DNA of 64,000 bases from Octopus vulgaris (lineage: Eukaryota): positions 119,288,001 to 119,352,000 of the forward strand of contig OX597814.1 of assembly GCA_951406725.2 (NCBI GenBank), given 5' to 3'. The notes below the pieces were generated by a model. That model saw only the letters and a program-made list of their open reading frames with translations. It ran no database searches and had not been told where the DNA came from. A program made the translations under genes and the position numbers. Within the stretch, counting starts at the first letter, position 1. Each line of letters starts with the position of its first letter. Below are positions 26,328 to 39,508 of the stretch, piece by piece.

Positions 26328-26655
26328 GCGCATGACTCAGTGGTTAGAGCATCGAGCTTAGGACCGTGAGATTGTGAGTTTGAATCCCGAACCGGGCTGC
26401 GTATTGTGTTCTTGATTAAGACACTTTATTTCACGTTGCCCCAGTTCACTCAACTGTAGAAATGAGTTGCGACGACACTGGTGCCAAGCTGTATCGGCCT
26501 TTGCCTTTCCCTTCGATAACACTGGTGGCGTGGAGAGGGGAGGCCGGTATGCATGGGCGACTGCTGGCTTTCCACAAACAACCTTGCCTGGACTTCTGCC
26601 TCGGAGGGTAACTTTATAGGTGCAATCCCAAGGTCATTCGTGACTGAAGGTCTCC
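26323..26655 (+). mobile_element. tRNA-headed SINE (family B-like head, tail type 3)
   Basis: GGCGCATGACTCAGTGGTTAGAGC...GAGTTTGAATCCC (A and B boxes), then TTGTGTTCTTGA..AAGACACTT.ATTTCACGTTGC.CCAGT.CACTCA.CTG shared with 28139. Confidence 0.82.
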
Positions 26656-26780
26656 ACACACATACCCACACACGCTTATAAATATATATGTATGTATATA
26701 TAATTGTTAAATACGTTATTATTATTAATATATTTGTCTTGCCTTAATGTCTGTTGCCCGGTATATCAGAAATCTACAAT

Positions 26781-26818
26781 GGTTCCATAACTGCCGTTTC
26801 GGTTATAACCTTGGAACC
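26781..26818 (-). ncRNA. Hammerhead skeleton lacking the CUGANGA core
   Basis: Minus strand: GGTTCCA | A GGTT-AT-AACC GAAA CGGCA GTT A TGGAACC. Stem I (7 bp), stem II and GAAA are present; the core is missing. Confidence 0.55.
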
Positions 26819-26888
26819 CTGGTAATTCGTTACAGCATCTATCTACCGTACCTAGTCGTTTAGATCACCTGTGAACTAAACCCCCCAT

Positions 26889-26946
<58 letters not shown>

Positions 26947-27417
26947 ATGTGTGTGAGTGTGTGTGAGTGTGTGTGAGTGTATGTGTGTGCATGTATGAAT
27001 ATGTGTGCGTGAGTGGAATGAGAGGCGAGCACAAATAGTTATGAACAATCGTATTTAGAACGCTATAGACAGATATCGCTATGCATGAGGTATTACATTG
27101 TTCACAATTTCATACAATAACATGCTTTGCTGCGCATGGAAATGTGCTTCATTATCAAATACATATATATATATTTAATAAGGTACCCAAGGGAGGAAAA
27201 GTAATGCTTACTCCATTGTGGTTACAGCAGATTGAAAAATATTAATTAGCAAGCATACATGGATAGCGTGTTTGTGAAATAGAGATATTTATAACTTCGC
27301 TGTACAAAGACCCACTTATGAAACCTACAAGCTATGTAGGAAACATAAAATGAAGAACAGCTCTAGTAGATATATCTGGTCAAGACGAGAAATCATCGGT
27401 ATGTCATTCGTTCTTCA

Positions 27418-27422
27418 GAGAC

Positions 27423-27478
<56 letters not shown>

Positions 27479-27492
27479 TAAGAGAGAGTGTG

Positions 27493-27529
<37 letters not shown>

Positions 27530-27592
27530 AAGAGAGTGGAAGTAAAAGAGAGAAAGCGAGAGAGTGAAAAAGGGAGAGATAGAGGGAGAGAA
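27418..27592. repeat. (GA)n purine-rich microsatellite
   Basis: Long interrupted GA runs. Confidence 0.95.
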
Positions 27593-28138
27593 TGTGATGG
27601 GTGAAAGGAACATTGAAATACAATTATACAGTATATGACAAAATTTTGTTAATTAAGATTTGTCTTCATCGAAGGTATTGTTATGCAAATTACTAAAATA
27701 ATGTCTGATATACATCGCATATATTAAGTACCTCATAGGTAATTGCAAGATTGTGTGTCTCTCTTGAGAACAAACGAAGTAAACAGTCCGCCTGAATGTC
27801 TAACAGTTAATGAAGATAATTATCTAGATATTAATCTTGTGTGAATTTATTTAGGTTTTCACACGTATATACACATACTCTTATGCATTACACACATACA
27901 CACATTATTTTTTGATTTTAATGTAAAGTTATATACAAAAACGGTTGAGTATTGAATTGTAGGACAAAACAGATTTATTACTGTAAATAATTTTCTTATA
28001 TAAATGTTAGAGAAATGTTGAAAATGACTTTAAAGTTTCGGTTTCCTAGTTATCATGAGACATTCTCATGATGGCTAATAAGCTAAAACTTTTGGAAATA
28101 GTTACGAAAGAAAAATGGTACGGTTTGTGACAAAGCGT

Positions 28139-28392
28139 TGAGGCGCGTGGCTTAGTGGTTAGGATGTCAGCATCATGATCGTAAGATTGTGGTTTCGATT
28201 CCTGGACCGGGTGACGCGTTGTGTTCTTGAGCAAAACACTTCATTCACGTTGCTCCAGTCCACTCAGCTGGCAAAAATGAGTGACGCTGCGATGGACTGG
28301 CGTCCCGTCCAGCTGGGGAACACATACGCCATAGAAACCGGGAAACCGGGCCCAAAACCTGGCTAGGCTTTAAAAGGGCGCATTTATTTATT
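28139..28392 (+). mobile_element. tRNA-headed SINE with V-domain-like tail (tail type 2)
   Basis: GAGGCGCGTGGCTTAGTGGTTAGG...GGTTTCGATTCC head. The body CTGCGATGGACTGGCGTCCCGTCCAG...AGAAACCGGGAAACCGG resembles the V-SINE central domain (recalled, not searched). Confidence 0.82.
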
Positions 28393-28741
28393 TTATTTGT
28401 GACACAGCCACACATCACCCAAACTTACACTTTTGAAAATCCTATCTATGTAAAAGTGGCTAAGTGTTTTACGATTAATAAATCTTAAATATTATGAGTG
28501 CATTTTCAACTTCGTTTATTATTTTCATACAACTACGTGCATGGATTAATAACTCTACCTACCTACCTACCCACCCATCCATCCATCCATCAATATACAT
28601 TGCGTTTCAAATTAATTACGACACAGCGTGTGTGTATATGTGCGTGTGGGTGTATCCTTACTTTTAAATGTATAATCTAGGAATTAAATACAAAATGCAA
28701 GTAAATAAAGCAATGTATATGTATATACATGTGCATATATA

Positions 28742-28902
28742 GACGCAGGAGTGGCTGTGTAGTAAGTAGCTTGCTTACTAACAACATGGTTCCGGTTCAG
28801 TCCCAATGCGTGGCACCTTGGGCAAGTGTCTTCTACTATAGCCTCGAGCCGACCAAAGCCTTGTGGGTGGATTTGGTAGTCGGAAACTGAAAGAAGCCCG
28901 TC

Positions 28903-28958
<56 letters not shown>

Positions 28959-29116
28959 GCGACGTCCCCGTAATCTAGCGGTTCGGCAAACGAGACCGAT
29001 AGAATATGTACTAGGCTTACAAAGAATATGTCCTGGGGTCGATTTCCTCGACTAAAAGCGGTGCTCCAGCATGGCCACAGTCAAATATATGAAGAAAGTA
29101 AAAGAGTAAAAGAGTA
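28742..29116 (+). mobile_element. SINE family C with internal (TA)n
   Basis: Paralogue of 18624-19049, with a (TA)n run at about 28904-28955. Confidence 0.88.
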
Positions 29117-29504
29117 TACATAAGCGTACATACTACCGCAATATATATTTGATAGTCTGAAACTATTCATATTAAATTGATGTTTCACAATTACGAAGAA
29201 AAGTAATTTTTTAAAATCTTCATATTGGGTACAAGTGCTTCCGTGCTGTCTTTAATCACGCCAAAAATGTTTATCTTAATTAAATTTAATGAAATTATTT
29301 ACAAAATGAGGTGAAAATAAATAAGATTTGTCAATGATCACTGGAAAACGCCGGAAAACCAGGAAATTGATGTCTGTTTAAAATAAAGACAAGATTGTTA
29401 TCTGTAAATGATGAATGTAATGTCCGGATAAAAAACGCTTCTGGTTTCTTAAAATTATTTAGAATATTTTCATATATATTCAAGACTGGCAACTACATAT
29501 TTAC

Positions 29505-29547
<43 letters not shown>

Positions 29548-29654
29548 CGTGTATAGACAGACACATACACACACTAAAGCAGTATGCATTAAAAAAATTA
29601 TTCAAGTTTTCCAAGTGCATTCATACATACACACAAAAGTTATATAATGCAAAC

Positions 29655-30210
29655 CTCTAATAGGACCTTTGTGATAAGAAAACCTGTAATAGAACCTTTG
29701 TGATAAGAAAACCGGTGGTTATGCTGACTCTTTGGAAAGCCTTACTTCGGAGCAGATTAGATTACTATTCACAGCTTCGGTCTCCAAATTCATCTCATAC
29801 AGACTGGTGGAGTTACAATGATAACAGTAAAATAACTTCGGTTAAAAGCCTTAATTACTGGGAATGTCTGAAGGCTCTGCGTCTCTACTCTCTTGAATAT
29901 CGAGGAGAGAGATATTCTATCATATACGTTTGGAACATTCGGGAGGGACATGTTCCTACCTTCGGTAACAGACAGATTTCAATGCCGTCTGATTCTAAAT
30001 ATACCACTTTTGAAACCACGAGCAAAAGCATTCTACTGTACCAGTCTGATATCTAGAGGTCCTCAATTTTTCAAATGCATGCTAATGTAATAAGAAATAT
30101 AAAAATATAAAAATGAATTCTACTGAAACCATGAAAATGAAAGTATTTGGTAAACTCCTAGTGATGGTACCAGACCAGCCAATAATTCAAGGATACATTC
30201 AGTGAAAATC
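29655..30210 (+). pseudogene. CR1-group LINE 3' fragment
   Basis: MLTLWKALLRSRLDYYSQL.SP...LNYWECLKALRLYSLEYRGERYSIIYVWNI.EG.VP is the post-RT signature of CR1/L2-group elements. There is a short tandem duplication (ACCTTTGTGATAAGAAAACC twice) at the 5' junction. Confidence 0.85.
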
Positions 30211-30324
30211 AGCTCCTAAACACTGAATCATAATGCGACAACAGAACCGAAAGAACATGAATTAAGGCAGAGTTTAAGCATGGCCGCAGTCCTACCCCTA
30301 AAACCACAAGAATAAAAGAATATA

Positions 30325-30539
30325 GTATATATATAGGGAGAATTCACTCCCCAAAAACCAACAAAAAACAAAAGACGAAGACAGGTGTAGACATCAAAGC
30401 GATGTATTAGTATAACGCTCGGGAAGTGAAAAGTCTTTAACGTTTCGAGCCTATGCTCTTTCACAGAAAGGAAAGAAACAAGGAGAGAGAATAAAGAGAG
30501 AAAGTAAAGAATATGTAGTGGCTAGCGAACTATCATGCC

Positions 30540-30541
<2 letters not shown>
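30325..30541 (-). mobile_element. ~185-bp hammerhead-bearing non-coding element, copy 1
   Basis: Reverse-complement paralogue of 52009-52190 and 59913-60100, with TA runs at both ends. Confidence 0.8.
30435..30470 (-). ncRNA. Minimal hammerhead motif, degenerate core
   Basis: Minus strand: CTTT CTGTGAA A GAGC-ATAG-GCTC GAAA C GTT AAAG. Confidence 0.6.
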
Positions 30542-30586
<45 letters not shown>

Positions 30587-31369
30587 CGTACGCATATTCA
30601 TACATATGTATATAAAATATACTTACAAGTATATAAAATATACTTGTAAATGAATGGGCACACTTTGCGTAAAATTCTTAATTTAGATTACATAAGCACC
30701 TAGAAAAAAATAGACCGACCGATTCATCGAAATTCGAACCAACTTCAAATGAATTTTTCAAAAGTGAAAGTGTCTGATTTTCTGAAGACAAGAGGACCAC
30801 TGTGGGCATGTGTCTCAGCCGCAACAGATGTCATTAAAACTGCAGATCGAGACGTACAGGCATTGACAGAAAGTGTGCAACATATTTACATCCTCATTAA
30901 TAAAGTAAGATAAGAGAAATAACTCTGTATGACCAGTGGTATGTAATGGAAAAACAACGACGCATAATCATATATGAGCATGTGTATGTGTTCGTGTATG
31001 TGTGCGTTTGTATGAGTGCGTAATTACGCGTAGGAATATGTGTAATGTAGAGGTCACCCACAGTTATGTATAGAGAAAAAAGACACCGAATATACGTAGG
31101 TAGAACATGCAGTGAAGGCTGTTAACTTTACATAAAAGATTTTAGCTTATTCATAAATTATATGTACTATCAGCTACATTTACGTACAGACAAACTCGCG
31201 CGCGCGTACACAAACTTTTAGTTATGTATATGCAAACAACACTGCAGGCGAAGAAAACGTGAAAATACAGACATGCATATTAATTAGTGACAAACGGATA
31301 TACAGCTGTATGAAGATATTGATATTCGTATACATGAGAATGCGCACACAAACATACACACACACACAC

Positions 31370-31413
<44 letters not shown>

Positions 31414-31501
31414 ATATATGTTCGTACAATAGTATTATGCATTTGTTCTCAAAAATATAAGCACTTTTCTTTACACTTTGTATGTGTATACACGGCTAAC
31501 T

Positions 31502-31536
<35 letters not shown>

Positions 31537-32221
31537 ACATATACACACACACATACATCTTATAGACATGTGGCATACACGGCACACACCTTTTATGCAC
31601 AGTCATGTGTTACTCGAATATATTCATAAATAATTCTAAACACCTTATTCGTTGTGTCTATTGAATATACATATTCAAATTTTCTATATAAACAGATATT
31701 GAAAATTATTTCGGACGTGTTTATTCAATATATCTCCTGGCAAGGCAAATTATTTATAAGAAATTTTTTTTAAATTCACAAATTCTGTTATTTCGCAGAT
31801 TCTGCGGTTTCTCATTATACGCAAACATATTCAAAATTTGCGAGAACGCTTTGATTTACATTAAATACATAAGTACACAACAAGAATTTCTTTTATTGTA
31901 GTTTTGTAGGACTATATGCCATCATAACAAGGATTGTTTGTGGTATCGTAAAGAAACAAAGTATTACAAAAATATGTAATGACCAAAAGCCAAAATTTAA
32001 CAGCCAATAATTGTAATTACGGTATTCTAAAAAAAAAAAAGCAAATTCACAAACAGTTATTGATGTGTTGATATGAATACATTAATGCAAATACAGTGGG
32101 GAATATAAAATATGTATTTATAAGGAGTTAGATGAAAACGGAACGACATTATTTTCATGAAAGTTTAAATTCTTCTACAATGGATAACATATTTGAATTT
32201 TAAGCAGTTTATAAATAATTT

Positions 32222-32311
<90 letters not shown>

Positions 32312-32539
32312 ATTTCTACTTAGACTCTATTAATAGATGGAATCATGAAGTGTCGCTTCAGATTTGTACTTATAGACAAAGTCATCTCGAAAATGACATG
32401 AACAAGCATTACTTTCACACATACAAGCATATATGTTTGGATGTAAATCATATCTTGTTGAATGTTTCCTGTCGCATATTTAATAATGTATATAATTCAT
32501 TCGTTTTTTTTTTATCATTTCCCATCATTTATAAGTTTT

Positions 32540-32870
32540 GTTTTTAGTTATCTATTTTAATAATTTCCCTTGTCTTGTATTTGCACCATTCTTTCTCCTC
32601 TAAATATTTTGTAAAAATCTATGTAGGTAGATGTTTGATGGACAAGGTCTCGAGAATATGGAGGGTGTAGCAGTCGCTCACCTATTCGAACGATTCGAGA
32701 ACATCGTGTCGTGTGAGACCTAGCATTATCTTAATGAAAGAGAATCTTAGGTGCTTCGTTAAAGCTGCCTTCGAACGTTGATGTTGCGACAGTAGATTTC
32801 AGAAGTCATTGTTTGATACGGCCCTAAAAGTTATTGGTGAATTATTCTTCCACACCACACGAAACACTCA
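32540..32870 (-). pseudogene. Decayed mariner transposase fragment
   Basis: Minus strand reads GATAATGCTAGGTCTCACACG (DNARSHT) and CTACACCCTCCATATTCTCGAGACCTTGTC (LHPPYSRDLV). Not in the ORF track. Confidence 0.7.
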
Positions 32871-32984
32871 AACTAATATGTAATTCTTATTCACATATCG
32901 TACCTTTTTTTATTTTTATATATGTGTACATACATATATGTATATGTCGTACCTTTCTTTCTTTCTTTATTTATTCTTTTATGA

Positions 32985-35900
32985 CTTAGCTACTCAGCGT
33001 CGGTCACCGGAGTGATATTGATCACTTTATAGAGTGTCTGGGTGTCGGTTTGGTATCTGGAATAGCTTAACTCATGGGCAGGTAGCAGCTCTTTAACTTT
33101 GGTTGCTAATCTACCTAGAAGAAGGAAATCTCCGAAATAAAATCTGAGGCTTTGGAAGTTCCTGGTTTTATCAATTTTGTCAAACCGGTGAAATTTCGTT
33201 TCGGGCCAATAGGTGGGGGCAGTGCACTGCAAGCTACACCCACATAAAATTATTCATCTGCACAGGTACTTCCAGTACTCCAGATCTTAGTAAAAACATT
33301 CAATTGGTTGGTTGGCAGAAACCTAAAAATGCACTTGTAACTTACTCTAAAATATGTCAAACAGATTCAGTAAATGACAAAAAAGGCTTGGGAACGTCAA
33401 GGGAACAGTTCTGACTCGGCAGATGTCCCAGTTTATCACAGGCTGGACCCGATCGCCATCCTACCACTGTGGTCAAGCAATCTTCAAGAAAAAGTAAAAA
33501 TAAACATCGTTTGAATTTTGGCTGTTGGAATGTGCGCACACTTGATGATAATTTCAACAAGAGGACAGAAAGGCGTACTGCACTTATTGCATGTGAACTC
33601 AAGAAATATTCCCTTGAAATGGTTGCGCTCTCTGAAACTTGTCTCTCTTGTGAGGGTCAAGTAACTGAACCTACTTATGGATATACAATCTTTTGGAGAG
33701 GCCTACTAAACGGTCAGCGTAGAGAATCTTGTGTTAGGTTTGCTCTCAAGAATACATTAGTATCCTCCACTGCAGAGCTTCCAAGTGGTATACCTGAGCG
33801 GATTATGTCATGCCGTACTAAACTGACAAAAGGTAGGTTTCTTACCGTTGTCAGTATTTATGCACCAACAATGTTCCAATCTGATGAAACTGTAAAACAG
33901 TTTAATGATGATCTAGCATGATTAGTGAGAAAAGTACCGATTTCTGACAAGCTGGTCATACTGGGAGATTTCAATGCAAGTGCTGGAAAGGACTATGTAT
34001 CATGGCATGTTACAGGTCGACGTGGGACTGGAAAATGCAATAAAAACGGAGTAGCTCTTTTGAATTTTTCTACTGAGAATAATCTGGTTGTCACCAACAC
34101 TCAGTTTAAGCAAAAAAATAAATATAAAACCACCTGGATGCACCCAAGATCTAAGCACTGGCATATCATAGATTATATTCTGATCAGGAAACGTGATACG
34201 AAAGACGTTTCTAGCGTTCGGGCCATGAGAGGAGCAGAAAGCTGGACAGACCATCTTCCAGTGCGTGGAAAAATAGACTCTTCGATAATGCTTAAAAATC
34301 GACTGTCTGGTCCTAAGGTACTCAAAAGTTAAATTATCAAGAAACTTGCACAGCTTCCACAATGCTATAGAAAGAATCAATCTTAACCCAAACAATTTAT
34401 GGGAAGATTTCATAACAGAAGTATTTCAGGCTGCAAGTTCGGCAGTGGGATTTAAATCTCATAAATCAAGTGACTTGTTCCCAGAAAGATCAGCAGAAGC
34501 TCATGACCTACTTTTAGCAAAACAAATCTTAGGCAATACACTTCTTTCGAAGTCCTTGAAGCCCCTCTCAAACGAAAGTTACAAAGAACTGTAAAGGAAA
34601 GTGCAGAGTGCTCTAAGGAAAATCAAACAGGAATGGTGGACTTATAGAGTAAAAGGGGCAAAAGAAGCAGCTGATAGAAATGAAGCCAAAGGTTTGTACT
34701 CTTATGTTAAGGAGGTATATGGCCCAAAATCTTCTTCAATAGCTCCAGTGAGAACAGCAAATGGACGTTTTCTTCTGACTGACATCGCTTCTATTCATAA
34801 GCGTTGGGTAGAATATTTTTCTGCACTTTTGAATATACCATCATCCGTTGACACGAGACCGATAGAAACAATTGAATACCTTCCAGTTATAGAAGAGATG
34901 GCATCTTTACAAATTCTAAATGACATTTATTTAGCTGTGAATAAGCTGAATAACAATAAGTCTCCAGGGTCTGATGGAATCTGTGCAGAAGTTTTGAAAT
35001 ATGTGGTGTGACAAAATGTTTGAACTTTTAAGTATATTAATTTGTCACTGTTGGAGAACTAAGAAAGTGCCTCAAGACTGGATTGATGCCATTTTAATCT
35101 CATTGTATAAATCGGGGCCAAAGGATCTGTGTGGTAATTTACGTGGGATTTTGCTTTGTCTGTGGTTGGAAAGGTACTTACCCACATTTTCTTAGAACGT
35201 TTAAATACATTTATAGTTCCAAATATAGTGTCTGAGTCTCAGTGTGATTTTCGTTCCTCCAGAGACACAGCTTATTGTATCTTTACTGTGAGACAATTAC
35301 AAGAAATGTGTATTAAACAGAATCTCGCTCTATACCATTGCTTAGTTGATTTGAGCAAAACACTCGATGCTGTTAAACGAAATGGTATGTAGCTAATTCT
35401 AAGGAAACTAGGTTGCCCAGAAAAATTTGAAAACTTGGTCAGGGCTTTGCATCAAGAAATGAAAGCTAGTGTTAATTTTGGTGGTTTCTCTCTGAATCTT
35501 GTGATGTGGAAAATGGAGTAAAGCAAGGCGACGTTGATACATCCACCTTCTTTGCAATATACTTTGTTGTGGTGTTGTCACATGCTTTTCAAAACTCCGA
35601 GGAGGGTATTTACATAAAATATCGAAGAACAGGGAATGTTTTTAATCTGACTACTCTGAAATTCAAAACGAAGGTTTTTACTTCACTCATTAGGGAACTT
35701 GTGTTTGCTGACGATTGCGATCTTGTCAGTCATTCTAAAACAGGTCTGCAATCTCTTGTATCTGCATTTGACTCAGCTTGTGATGATTTAGCTGGACCAT
35801 TAACTTGAAAAATAAAACAGATGTAATGCATTTACCTGCGTGTGGTGCTGTTAGTAACCCCACTAAAAGTTTTGTTAAGGGAAAGTTACTTGAGGTTGTC

Positions 35901-36901
35901 AATTCATTCATCTACCTTGGAAGCTCTTCAAAATGATAGAAATATTTATACAGAAATACAGTTGCGAATTCAAAGGGCAGCAAAAACATTTTGTAGCTTG
36001 GAGTCATGCGTTTGGTGCCAGCGACATATGAATATGAATAGAAATTTGGCTCTTTACAAATCATATATCTTACCATCCCTGTTGTATTCTTGTAAACATG
36101 GACTTGTTATGAAAGGTATTTTAAACTGTTATAAAAATTCCACCAAAAATACCTTCATCGCATTTAAAAAATTAAATGGAGTTCTTTTACTCCAAACACA
36201 GATTCCTTGCTTCTGCAGACATCACTTCAATTAAAGCTATGATTTTGAGGAACCAATGGAGATGTTGGGGCCATATTGTTCGAATGGTAGATGAACGCAT
36301 GCCGAAACAGCTGTTTTATGGTGAGCTTGCAGAGGGGAAACACTATCGGCGTAAACCTTAAAAAAAGGTTTAAGGACGACATAAGGATTATTATGAAGGC
36401 ACTTGTAATGGTTAAGATGTAGAAACCCTTGCTTCGGATCGAGTTGAAGGGCAAACAAAGTTGTGGAGTGGAGTAAAATAATTAGAAGAGGCCAGGATAA
36501 CGCAAGCAAGACTCAAAAGAGATCTAAGGCAGAATGTAACGATCGACAAAGTGAGAGACAATGACCTTTTTTGCATGCAGTCTTTTATAGACCCTGCCTG
36601 TCTTTGGCTAGCCTCAAATATCGTATGTGAACGCATGGAAAACGAACCTCCACCAACTATTTTGACTATATGTCTGAGCACACCTTTGAATGCAGTGTAT
36701 GCCAGAAGGGTTGCAAATCCAACGGAGACCTCAAGAGACATGTTAAGATACACAAAGAGCAGAACTTATCTGCAGATATTGGTGGTCCAAATCAGAGGTA
36801 CAATCTATGTGGGTGTCTTTTCAGAACATTGTCTGGTTTAAAAAGCCACATCAGAGGTCATGATGGTGCTAAGGTGTAGGTACAGGAGGTGGTCAAACTC
36901 C

Positions 36902-36903
<2 letters not shown>
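32985..36903 (+). mobile_element. Near full-length RTE-clade LINE (BovB-like), decayed
   Basis: About 0.45 kb 5' region, then APE endonuclease, RT and C-terminal zinc fingers in order, ending directly in (TA)n at about 36905. Confidence 0.93.
33469..36879 (+). pseudogene. RTE ORF (APE endonuclease + reverse transcriptase + C2H2 fingers) with many stops and frameshifts
   Basis: EN: GCWNVRTL, ALSET, SIYAPT, LGDFNA, TWMHPRSKHWHIIDYI, DHLPV. RT: KSPGSDGI, ESQCDFR, VDLSK.LD, GVKQG, LVFADD. C-terminus: WGHIVRMVDERMPKQLFYGEL, CSVC...HVKIH, LSGLKSHIRGH. Confidence 0.93.

Positions 36904-36904
<1 letters not shown>

Positions 36905-36957
<53 letters not shown>
36905..36957. repeat. (TA)n at the RTE 3' end
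   Basis: Perfect TA run. Confidence 0.95.
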
Positions 36958-36963
<6 letters not shown>

Positions 36964-38454
36964 AAGGGTATGATTTGTGGAGGAAACTGATTATTTATCT
37001 ACCTGACTAATTACAGCAGCTACAATTAAAAGTTCTATTCACTACAAACATCACACTTAAAATTATGCACACCAAACAAACACACACACGCAAACACACA
37101 CGCACACATACACATATACACATGTATATATATATTTATACACTCACACTTGCCCACACTATCTTTCTGTGGAGGCATACGTTGTCGTGTGGTGATTGTT
37201 TCTTTTACAGAAAAGTTACATTGCCTAATGGTTAATAACCATGTTATTTGGGGCTTCAGGATATTTTTTAATCATAACTAACCTATTTTTATGTTTTTTT
37301 TCGTTTGGATTGTAAACCATTGAAATTAATCATTAATAATATAGTGCAGTCTTAAGAAACAAAAGAACTTTCCATCTAATAATTATATTTTTCTCTCTTT
37401 AATGTACTGCCTTTTCTCTTAGAGACAGTTTTTTTCTCCTGATTTAATTCCTCGTTTTTATTTTAAATTAACAACGAAGAAATCAATACTAATAACAGAA
37501 ATCAATAATGAAAAAATAAATAAATCACAAATCTGATGATGCTGACGATAATGATAATAATAATAAGAAAAAGATAACAAACACAACTATAATAATAAGA
37601 AGAAGAATAAGAAGAAAATGAATGATGATAATGATGATAAAATTATTATTATGATTATTATTATTATTATTCATGTTATTGCTTTTTATATTTTTGTTAG
37701 TATTACTGCTATAGTATTATTATTACTAATGTTAATATAATTGGCATTTTTATACTAAAAACAATAATATTAATATCAAAAATACGAATAATGAATTATT
37801 ATTATTATTATTATTATTACTAGTAACATTACTATTATTTTTATTATTGCTTTTGTTAGATAAATAAGCAAATCAAAACACAATCACCAAAATAATCTTT
37901 TAGGGGATTAATTTAGAACGAATGGCTTCAAGTACAAGACAGTAAGGCTGTCAAAGTTAATCTCTTAAGTGAAGATTGAAGAAATCAAGTATGGAACTAG
38001 CAAAAATGGTTGGGAGAATGTTAGAATGGCATCGTGTGCACATACACACACATATATATATGTACATACAAACGCACATGCAAGGAATCGTATATCCGAG
38101 GGGATATACATACATCCATACGTGCAATGACATGCTAATAGGCAAAGAAACATGCATACGTATAAATACATACAGTGATATTTATATATACGCAAACACA
38201 CATACACAGACACATACATACATGCATACATATTGATACACATTCATTCTTAAATACATGCGTCACTAAATTTTTTGTGTTATTTAAATTTCATTGTTCC
38301 TATGTAAAGGACCACAGTTTTCTCTAGAAGAAGATACTTAAATTTACATACGCATATAGGAGCAGTAGTCGCCCCTGACATGCATTACTAACCAAGAATA
38401 TATCTTGAAATGTGGATAATTCTAAATAATGACCATCAACACAAGAACAGACGA

Positions 38455-38613
38455 TAATATTGGTTTCAAAGTTTGGTCCATAACCAGGAACTTCGTGGGA
38501 ATGCTCTACAAGCACTTTTTTCAACTAAGGCAAAGACAATTTCGACGGAATTTAAACGTAAAGACAGACAAAAGGCCACTGAATATTTTACCTATTCTGC
38601 CAGCTCTCCGCCT
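38455..38613 (-). mobile_element. Decayed SINE family A
   Basis: AAGGCAAAG...CGGAATTTAAAC...TTCTGCCAGCTCTCCGCCTT matches the family A head on the minus strand. Confidence 0.6.
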
Positions 38614-38879
38614 TACAACGGTCTATTATATTAAAACTAACATATTCCTGTTTAGAATCATGTAATTACATAAGTTGATATCTGAATATCACAAAAATAA
38701 TTACGATCTACACAAAGATATGTAACGACGTACCCTTGTATTGTTTCACAGCATCACTTAGCTTGTTGAATTAGCTGCTCGAACATATTTCGCGATCATT
38801 TGAATTTTTAGGTGCCATAGTGTATTGAAGTTCTAATATAAATTTCATTCCAGAATAAAATAGCCTAGTATATTAGTTG

Positions 38880-39150
38880 TTCTTGTTTGTTCCTTCTCGA
38901 GCCATTCCTGGCTCATAATGGCCGGTTGCCGGTTTCATTGGCGTAGAGATTCTCCAGTTAGATGCAGGAGTAAAGAATGAGAGAAAGTTGTGGCAAAAGA
39001 GTCAGCAGAAGTTTTCCATTACCTTCTGTTGGAGCCGCGTGGAACTTAAGTGATTCGCTCCTAAACACACACATCACCTGGTCTAAGATTCGAACCCGCG
39101 ATCGCTCAATCGCGAGTCTGCCGCTCTAAACACTAGGCCATGTAGCTCAA
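38880..39150 (-). mobile_element. SINE family B head and middle with tail type 2
   Basis: Reverse-complement paralogue of 51282-51590. Confidence 0.78.
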
Positions 39151-39450
39151 CCCTAGTATATATGTAATGTAGGATAACATTTTTTTCGAAAAGAATTTTT
39201 TTCCCCAAAAATTTTATCAATGGCCAGCATATTAAAACATACCTTTAAAGGTTAAAATTATAAACAATTCATAAATAAGGGCAAACGAAAAAATGTTTAA
39301 TGCCAAATATGCCGAAAAATTGGACATATCGTTTGCCCTTATTTATGAATTGTGTATATATATATTTATGAATTGTATATATATATATATATGTACATAA
39401 CCTAAATTCTGCTCATACCTAAACGCTGCTTTGTACCTATGCACCATTAG

Positions 39451-39508
<58 letters not shown>

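Noticed and set aside
30700-30900. Possible host exon
   Set aside because: Short open stretch with no recognisable domain or convincing splice-site pair.
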